Assembly (NCBI GenBank): GCA_048571215.1
Contig: CP182352.1
Span: 288,001-352,000 of the forward strand
DNA from: Halarcobacter sp.
GTDB lineage: Bacteria > Campylobacterota > Campylobacteria > Campylobacterales > Arcobacteraceae
Direction of reading: 5' to 3'
DNA length: 64,000 bases
Shown: one piece after another, positions 57,949-64,000 of the stretch
Layout: every line of letters starts with the position of its first letter
Position numbering within the stretch: position 1 is the stretch's first letter
Notes under the pieces: model-generated
The model's database searches: none
Seen by the model: the letters and a program-made list of their open reading frames with translations, nothing else
What the model was told of the DNA's origin: nothing
Position numbers and translations under genes: made by a program

Positions 57949-58973
57949 AACAGTTTTCCTTGCTCATCTAGTTTTTCACTACCTGGATAGTTTAGTCTAA
58001 AAAGCTCATATGTTTTAACTGAAGCTAATCTTCCTCTTGCAGTTCTCTCTATAAATCCATTTGCAAGTAAATAAGGTTCAATTGCATCTTCAATTGTTCC
58101 CTCATCTTCACTTAAAGCAGCTGCCATAGTTGAAAGCCCCATAGGTTTACCTTTGTTTGAAACAAGAAGTTCAAGTAGCTTAATATCCATCTCATCAAAA
58201 CCGCTTTCATTTACTCCTAGTTCATCTAAAGCGTATTTAGATCTTTGTAGATGTATTGTATTTTCATTTTCAACTTCAGAAAAATCCCTAACTCTTCTTA
58301 GTAATCTTAAGGCAACTCTAGGGGTTCCTCTACTTCTTTTTGATATTTCTGATGCCGCATCATCTTCACAAAATTTATCTAGTTTAATAGAGGCTTTTTG
58401 GATAATTTTTGCTAACTCTTCATGGTTATAAAATTGCATTCTAAAATGCATACCAAATCTTTCCCTTAAAGGGTTACTTAACATTCCAGCCCTTGTTGTT
58501 GCACCAATTAGGGTAAATCTTGGTAGGTCTATTTTTACAGTTTGAGCTGCAGGCCCACTTCCAATAATAATATCAAGCCTATAATCCTCCATAGCAGGAT
58601 ACAAAATCTCCTCAACAGCAGGGCTAAGTCTATGTATCTCATCTATAAAGAGGATATCTCCCTCTTCAAGGTTAGTTAATATTGCAGCTAAATCGCCACT
58701 TTTTTCTATCATAGGTCCAGCTGTTATTTTTATATTTGTATTCATCTCATTTGAAATAAGATAAGATAGTGTTGTTTTACCAAGACCTGGAGGTCCATAA
58801 AATAGAATATGGTCTAAAGCTTCGTTTCTTTTTTTAGAGGCTTCTATAAATACCCTAAGGTTTTTTTTGATTTTTTCTTGACCTATATAATCATCCCAAG
58901 AAGAGGGTCTTAAACTTATCTCAGCATTATCCTCTTCAAATGATACTTGTTCAACTTCTACAACTCTTTCCAT
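57945..58973 (-). CDS. ruvB: Holliday junction branch migration helicase RuvB
   Basis: LRP...[28 protein letters not shown] and RGTPR motifs. Confidence 0.98.
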   Translation of the reverse strand: MERVVEVEQVSFEEDNAEISLRPSSWDDYIGQEKIKKNLRVFIEASKKRNEALDHILFYGPPGLGKTTLSYLISNEMNTNIKITAGPMIEKSGDLAAILTNLEEGDILFIDEIHRLSPAVEEILYPAMEDYRLDIIIGSGPAAQTVKIDLPRFTLIGATTRAGMLSNPLRERFGMHFRMQFYNHEELAKIIQKASIKLDKFCEDDAASEISKRSRGTPRVALRLLRRVRDFSEVENENTIHLQRSKYALDELGVNESGFDEMDIKLLELLVSNKGKPMGLSTMAAALSEDEGTIEDAIEPYLLANGFIERTARGRLASVKTYELFRLNYPGSEKLDEQGKLF

Positions 58974-58993
58974 TATAAAAGCTCCGATTTTGA

Positions 58994-59021
58994 ATGAAAA
59001 ATGAAAAATGAAAAATGAAAA
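58994..59021. repeat. Heptamer microsatellite (ATGAAAA)x4 between panB and ruvB
   Basis: Four exact copies at 58994, 59001, 59008 and 59015. Confidence 0.9.
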
Positions 59022-59033
59022 ATTTTATTCATC

Positions 59034-59843
59034 TTAATACTCTTCCTCTTTTGATGGGAAAGATGAGTCTTGCACATCACTTCTATATTTGTTTACAGCT
59101 TGTTTTACTAGGTTTGCACCATCTAAATAGTGTCTTACAAATTTTGGTTTAAACTCTTCAAAGAAACCTAACATATCTGACCAAACTAATACTTGTCCAT
59201 CTGTATCTTTCCCTGCACCTATTCCTACTGTTGGGATATTTACAGCTTGAGTTATTTGTTTTGCAGCTTCACTCATAACACCTTCAACTACTATACAAAA
59301 GGCACCTGCTTCTTCTATAGCTTTAGCATCACGAATTAGTTGTTCTATATCTTCTTGTGTTTTACCTCTAACTTTATATCCACCTTCACTTCTTACATAT
59401 TGTGGCATTAGTCCAATGTGTCCCACAACTGCAATTGAGTTTGATGTTAGGTGTTTTACTATATGGGCTCTATCTTCACCACCTTCAATTTTAACAGCCG
59501 CCGCATTAGTCTCTTGGTAAACTTTTACTGCATTTTTTAGTGCTTCATTTTCGTTATTGTAAGTTCCAAAAGGCATATCTAAAACTACAAAGGCATCTTT
59601 TGCACCTGTACAAACAGCTTTGGTGTGATAAATCATTTGTTCCAAATTTGCACTTAAAGTATCAGGTTTCCCTGCGAAACTCATATTTAGACTATCTCCA
59701 ACCAATATAATATCAGCTATATCTTCAAACAGCTTTGCAAACAAGGCATCATAGGCAGTTATCATTGTTATTTTTTTATTATTTTTAGCTTTTTTAATTT
59801 TTGTAATATTCATTTTTTCATAATCGTTTTTTATAATACTCAA
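59034..59843 (-). CDS. panB: 3-methyl-2-oxobutanoate hydroxymethyltransferase
   Basis: MITAYDA, ILVGDSL, DMPFG, VKIEGG, GHIGLMPQ and GIGAG..DGQVLV motifs. Confidence 0.97.
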   Translation of the reverse strand: MSIIKNDYEKMNITKIKKAKNNKKITMITAYDALFAKLFEDIADIILVGDSLNMSFAGKPDTLSANLEQMIYHTKAVCTGAKDAFVVLDMPFGTYNNENEALKNAVKVYQETNAAAVKIEGGEDRAHIVKHLTSNSIAVVGHIGLMPQYVRSEGGYKVRGKTQEDIEQLIRDAKAIEEAGAFCIVVEGVMSEAAKQITQAVNIPTVGIGAGKDTDGQVLVWSDMLGFFEEFKPKFVRHYLDGANLVKQAVNKYRSDVQDSSFPSKEEEY

Positions 59844-60039
59844 ATAGAATCCTTTTGATTATTTAGACAATATTGTACCTAAAAAATTCTTTTGAATAAA
59901 AACAATAATGGGTAGAATAGAAAATGTACATAAAATATATAACAAATTTGAAAAAAAAATGTAATTAATAGAAAAAAGAAAGTCTTAGTAAAACATAATT
60001 TTGTTAGAATACGCACTATATATACATAAAAGTTTACAA

Positions 60040-61449
60040 ATGAATAAAAATACAAAAATACAAAGACATTTAGCTGAACAATCAATCCTTTTTGCAAGTA
60101 TTACAAAGTGGATTTTATTGTCTTCATTGATTGGTGCATTAGTTGGTGCAGTAGTATCACTTTTTTTAAAGCTATTAGAATATTGTGAAGAATCAAGAAG
60201 TTTATTACCCTTTGATTATTATTATACCTTACCCTTTGCTTTGGCTTTTACTGTAGTTGTAGTGAAGAAGTTTGCACCAAGTGCTGAAGGGCATGGAACA
60301 GAAAAAGTTATTGAAGCAATACATAAAAATTCAGGAAAAATTGATATAAGTGTAGTTCCTGTAAAACTTTTTGCAACGGTTATTACTATATTTTCTGGGG
60401 GTTCTGTTGGTAAAGAGGGACCAGGGGCACAAATAGGTGCTTCTTTGGCTTCCTTTATTGCAATGAAATTAAGATTTACTGCAAAAGATAGAAAAAAAAT
60501 TGTTATTTGTGGAATTAGTGCAGGGTTTGCTGCTGTATTTGGAACACCTTTAGCAGGAGCTATATTTGGAGTTGAAATCCTTATTGTTGGTGCATTGATG
60601 TATGATATTTTATTACCTTCAATAGTTGCAGGGTTTGCATCATTTTTTGTTGCAAAAATGATTGGTATTGATTATTCTTATTTTTATATAGCTTTTTATT
60701 CTGATTTAGATTTTAATTATGCACTTTTAGCAAAAGTTGTAATTGGTGGAATATTTTTTGGTTTAGTAGCAGATTTTATAATCACAACACTAAAAGCTTC
60801 ACACGATTATATCTCTTCAATAAAATTAAATTATATTTTAAAAGCTTTCTTAGGTGGGGTATTTATTGTAATTTTAACAATGATTGTAGGGGAAGATTAT
60901 TTAGGTTTAGGCTTTGATACTTTAAAACAAGCTTTATCTCCTGATGAATTAATACATGAAAATATCCCTTGGTATACTTTTATAATGAAAACAATTTATA
61001 CCTCACTTACCTTAGGTTTTGGAGGAAGTGGTGGAGTTATCACTCCTGTATTTTATATAGGTGCAACAAGTGGAAACTTTTTTGGTTCTTTAGTTGATGG
61101 ATATATTCCCTTATTTGCAGCTTTAGGTTTTGTTTCTGTATTAGCTGGTGCTACAAGTGCCCCAATTGCAGCGATGATTATGGCTGTTGAACTTTTTGGT
61201 ATGAATGTTGCTCATTATGCTGCAATTTCAATTATCATTGCATTTTTAATGACTGGTCATAGAAGTGTATTCCCATCGCAAGTTCTTCATATGAAAAAAT
61301 CAGAAGCTATAGATGTAAATCTAGGGGGAGAGATTCTAAACACTGAAACCACATACACCACTAGATTTTTCTTGAATATACAAAAATTCATAAAAAGAGT
61401 TTTTTTAAGTAAAAATAAAGATAAAAGTGTAAAAGATGATAATCAATAA
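60040..61449 (+). CDS. CLC-family chloride channel/antiporter
   Basis: GHGTE, GGSVGKEGP, FGTPLAGAIFGVE and GGSGGVITP motifs; ATG 60040 is the likely start, since the ORF's TTG at 60001 overlaps a TGTTAGAAT -10 box. Confidence 0.9.
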   Translation: MNKNTKIQRHLAEQSILFASITKWILLSSLIGALVGAVVSLFLKLLEYCEESRSLLPFDYYYTLPFALAFTVVVVKKFAPSAEGHGTEKVIEAIHKNSGKIDISVVPVKLFATVITIFSGGSVGKEGPGAQIGASLASFIAMKLRFTAKDRKKIVICGISAGFAAVFGTPLAGAIFGVEILIVGALMYDILLPSIVAGFASFFVAKMIGIDYSYFYIAFYSDLDFNYALLAKVVIGGIFFGLVADFIITTLKASHDYISSIKLNYILKAFLGGVFIVILTMIVGEDYLGLGFDTLKQALSPDELIHENIPWYTFIMKTIYTSLTLGFGGSGGVITPVFYIGATSGNFFGSLVDGYIPLFAALGFVSVLAGATSAPIAAMIMAVELFGMNVAHYAAISIIIAFLMTGHRSVFPSQVLHMKKSEAIDVNLGGEILNTETTYTTRFFLNIQKFIKRVFLSKNKDKSVKDDNQ

Positions 61450-61502
61450 GTTAAAAGTAGTTTTTAGATAGAATCTTTCCAAATTTACCATAGGATATTA
61501 TT

Positions 61503-62243
61503 TTGAAAAAACTTGTTGGATATATTACATCTTCAATTCCAGATAATAATTTTACAATAGACTTAGCTTTAAATATGAAAGAAGCTGGAGTTGATACCTT
61601 AGAACTAGGTGTTCCTTTTTCAGATCCAGTTGCAGATGGTCCTGTAATAGAAAAGGCAAATCAAATTGCACTTAAAAGTGGATTTAAACTTGAAGACTTA
61701 TTTGAGGTAAGTTCTCAAATAGCACCAAATATGGATATGTTATGGATGGGATATATGAATCCATTTTATCATTATGGTATGGAAAATTTCTTAAAAAAAG
61801 CAGATGAATTTGGTGTAAATGGGATGATTATTCCAGATGTTCCTTTTGAAGAAGCAGAGCTAATTTCACCCCTATTTAAAAAATACAATAAATCAAATAT
61901 ATCTTTTGTAGCTCCTACACATAATGAAAATAGAATTAAAAAAGTAGTAACAAATGCACAAAAATTTATCTATATGGTTGCTTATGCAGGTATTACAGGT
62001 AGTGGGAAAAGTGAAGATTTAAGTTTTATAATTGATAATGTAAAAAAATATACACAAACCCCTTTATATATAGGTTTTGGAGTAGATGAAAATAGTTGTA
62101 AAGAGAAAGCAAAAGGTGTTGATGGAGTTATTGTTGGAAGTGCCTTTGTTAAACATCTAATAGATGATAGTTTATCAAATAGTGAAAAAATCACAAGAAT
62201 TTGCTCAATTGCAAAAGAAATAAAAGATAAAATAAACGAGTAG
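61503..62243 (+). CDS. trpA: Tryptophan synthase alpha subunit
   Basis: ELGVPFSDPVADGPVI, MGYMNP, IIPDVP, GITG, GFG and DGVIVGSA motifs. Confidence 0.96.
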   Translation: MKKLVGYITSSIPDNNFTIDLALNMKEAGVDTLELGVPFSDPVADGPVIEKANQIALKSGFKLEDLFEVSSQIAPNMDMLWMGYMNPFYHYGMENFLKKADEFGVNGMIIPDVPFEEAELISPLFKKYNKSNISFVAPTHNENRIKKVVTNAQKFIYMVAYAGITGSGKSEDLSFIIDNVKKYTQTPLYIGFGVDENSCKEKAKGVDGVIVGSAFVKHLIDDSLSNSEKITRICSIAKEIKDKINE

Positions 62244-62245
62244 TT

Positions 62246-62983
62246 ATGCAGAGTTTAGAAAGAGATGTTGAGTTTTTAGAGGAGAACAGAGATTGTTCTT
62301 ATTTTGAAAATGAGATATCAGACATCAGATATAGATACATAAGTAAATGTACAAAAGATGATTACCAAAATATGTTAGAACATGGCTGGAGACGATTTGG
62401 TAAGATGCATTTTGTACCTGAGTGTAAACATTGTACCAAATGTATATCTATGAGAATTGATGTAAAAAACTACAAATTTTCTCGCTCTGAAAAAAGAGTG
62501 TTTAGAAAAAATATGGATACAAAACTTTATATTCAAGCACCATCTTTAACCTTAGATCACCTAAGACTTTATGATAAATATCACCATAGAATGAATAAAA
62601 AGAAAGATTGGGTTTATTCACCTATTGAACCAGCAGAATATGATAGGTCATATGTTCAAGGGAAAGATGAGTTTACTAAAGAGTTCTTATATGTTAGGGA
62701 TAATAAACTAATTGGTGTAGCTTTAGTTGATATTTTATCAAAATCTATCTCCTCTATTTATTGTTTTTATGACCATGATTATGATTATTTGTCAATTGGT
62801 AAATTTTCAATTTTAGCACAAATAAAAATAGCAAAAGAGTTAAATATTCCATATATCTATTTAGGTTATTGGATAAAAGATCATTTATCTATGGGATATA
62901 AAGAGTCATACACTCCCTTTGAAGTCTTAAAAAATAGAGCAAGTTTAGATGAAGAGACAATTTGGGAAAAGTATAAAAAGTAA
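62246..62983 (+). CDS. ATE1-like aminoacyl-tRNA--protein transferase (Bpt/arginyltransferase family)
   Basis: CSY, GWRRFG, C..C...RI, SSIYCFYD, SIGKFSIL.QI and YLGYWI...MGYK motifs. Confidence 0.92.
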   Translation: MQSLERDVEFLEENRDCSYFENEISDIRYRYISKCTKDDYQNMLEHGWRRFGKMHFVPECKHCTKCISMRIDVKNYKFSRSEKRVFRKNMDTKLYIQAPSLTLDHLRLYDKYHHRMNKKKDWVYSPIEPAEYDRSYVQGKDEFTKEFLYVRDNKLIGVALVDILSKSISSIYCFYDHDYDYLSIGKFSILAQIKIAKELNIPYIYLGYWIKDHLSMGYKESYTPFEVLKNRASLDEETIWEKYKK

Positions 62984-63027
62984 ATTTATATAGTATACTA
63001 TTATCAATAAATAAAAAGTGAGAAAAA

Positions 63028-63369
63028 ATGTTTAGGTTATTTTTTATATTAGTATTTGTTTTTATTTCAAATACCTTTGCAGAAGTTATAGATGAAGAAG
63101 ATAAAAATATTGTTGATTGTTTAATTTTACAAGATGAAGATTCTATTGTGTGTAAGTATATGCATGAAAGAATGCAAACAGATAAAAATATTATTGTAAA
63201 ATGGATTGACCCACAAGGTGAGTTATCAAGACAAAGAACCTTGATTATACCTGCTGGTCATGGTTCAATTTATGATTTTAGATATATTCAAGGAAGAGAA
63301 AAAGGGCTTTGGCAATTTATTGTAATAGATGGTAAAGATGAATATTCAACTACTTTTGAAATACAATAA
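63028..63369 (+). CDS. Small exported protein, probable Ig-like beta fold
   Basis: Signal peptide, Cys pair and KWIDPQG...GLWQFIV...FEI pattern. Confidence 0.6.
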   Translation: MFRLFFILVFVFISNTFAEVIDEEDKNIVDCLILQDEDSIVCKYMHERMQTDKNIIVKWIDPQGELSRQRTLIIPAGHGSIYDFRYIQGREKGLWQFIVIDGKDEYSTTFEIQ

Positions 63370-64000
63370 TTATGTAATCAAAAGTAGTGTAACTCTATAG
63401 GTGATAAATGATAAAACCCATGCGGTTGTTGTAGTAAAAACAAATAGGTAAACTAAATATTTCCAACCACCTGCTTCCCTTGTAAATACCATTGAAGCAG
63501 CTAAACAAGGTAGATAAATCATAACAAAAACTATAAATGCAACTGCTGATGCAAATGGTATATTATTTTTTATTTTATTAATTAAACTCTCACTACTTTC
63601 ATCAAGTTCTTGTCCCAAACCATATAAAATACCAAGGGTTGATACTACTATCTCTTTTGCTGCTAAACCAGTCTCTAGTGCTATTGTCATTTTCCAATCA
63701 AAACCAAGTGGCGCAAATAAAGGCTCAGAAAATTTACCAACTTTCCCTAGATATGAATTTTCAAGATTATATTGAGTTAATTGATTTTCTAAAAGTTTTT
63801 TCTCTTCAATACTTGAAGCTTGTTCTATTTTGATATTAACACTTTTTTCATACTCTGGATTTTTTGGGTAATTTGATGCAAACCAAATAAGTAATGATGC
63901 AGCTAGTATATAGGTACCAGCTTTTTTTAGATACATTAAAGCTTGATTTGAAACAGTATGCCAAATAAGCTTAAATGAGGGCAATCTATATTTTGGCATC
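63370..64000 (-). CDS. feoB: Ferrous iron transporter FeoB, C-terminal part; gene starts beyond the window
   Basis: KKAGTYIL, PLGFDW, GLAAKEIVVSTLG and YLPC motifs. Confidence 0.93.
   Translation of the reverse strand, partial: MPKYRLPSFKLIWHTVSNQALMYLKKAGTYILAASLLIWFASNYPKNPEYEKSVNIKIEQASSIEEKKLLENQLTQYNLENSYLGKVGKFSEPLFAPLGFDWKMTIALETGLAAKEIVVSTLGILYGLGQELDESSESLINKIKNNIPFASAVAFIVFVMIYLPCLAASMVFTREAGGWKYLVYLFVFTTTTAWVLSFITYRVTLLLIT

Noticed and set aside
59844..60039. Fluoride riboswitch upstream of the CLC gene
   Set aside because: No recognisable crcB-motif sequence; the region is simply AT-rich divergent promoter DNA.
1202..63833. Numerous 60-120 aa ORFs antisense to or overlapping recognised genes (e.g. 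6717-7040, 13649-13990, 24429-24707, 46556-46915, 53117-53422)
   Set aside because: They show no motifs or RBS and lie opposite well-supported genes; this is the expected antisense shadow.

Overview
Very AT-rich chromosomal segment of a Campylobacterota bacterium, most likely Arcobacteraceae (judged from gene content and order and the single compact flagellar cluster; the genus cannot be fixed from this window). There are three blocks. (1) 1-8218, housekeeping genes: partial GT9 glycosyltransferase, purE, glutaredoxin, glyQ, Nif3-like, zinc-ribbon protein, waaA, RluA-family, ffh-rpsP-khpA-rimM. (2) About 8276-42696, a ~34 kb flagellar/chemotaxis cluster: flgG, cheY, cheZ, flgF, flgB, fliFGH, fliN, flgD, two flgE paralogues, flaG, fliY, motAB, flgJ, flgN, flgA-like, flhFG, fliE, flgC, fliK, fliR, flhB, fliI, flgL, flhA, plus about six uncharacterised embedded genes. 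(3) 42696-64000, mixed genes: batD-like, adaptor-like protein, molybdoenzyme, MFS, MBL-GAF-HD-GYP phosphodiesterase, bioD, clpS-clpA-cytochrome c-aat, trypsin-like protein, FTR-rhodanese fusion, AI-2E, ruvB, panB, CLC, trpA, bpt/ate, partial feoB. I saw no rRNA, tRNA, CRISPR array, IS element or prophage. The most notable signals are a CheZ with about six N-terminal copies of a CheY-binding-type peptide, a PomA/PomB-like (Na+-type) stator, a FliK ruler with a 657-bp in-frame tandem repeat array, candidate novel motor-scaffold proteins, sigma70-type promoters across the flagellar cluster, a dual-domain phosphodiesterase and an FTR-rhodanese fusion. All homology calls come from motif recognition by eye; no database search was run.
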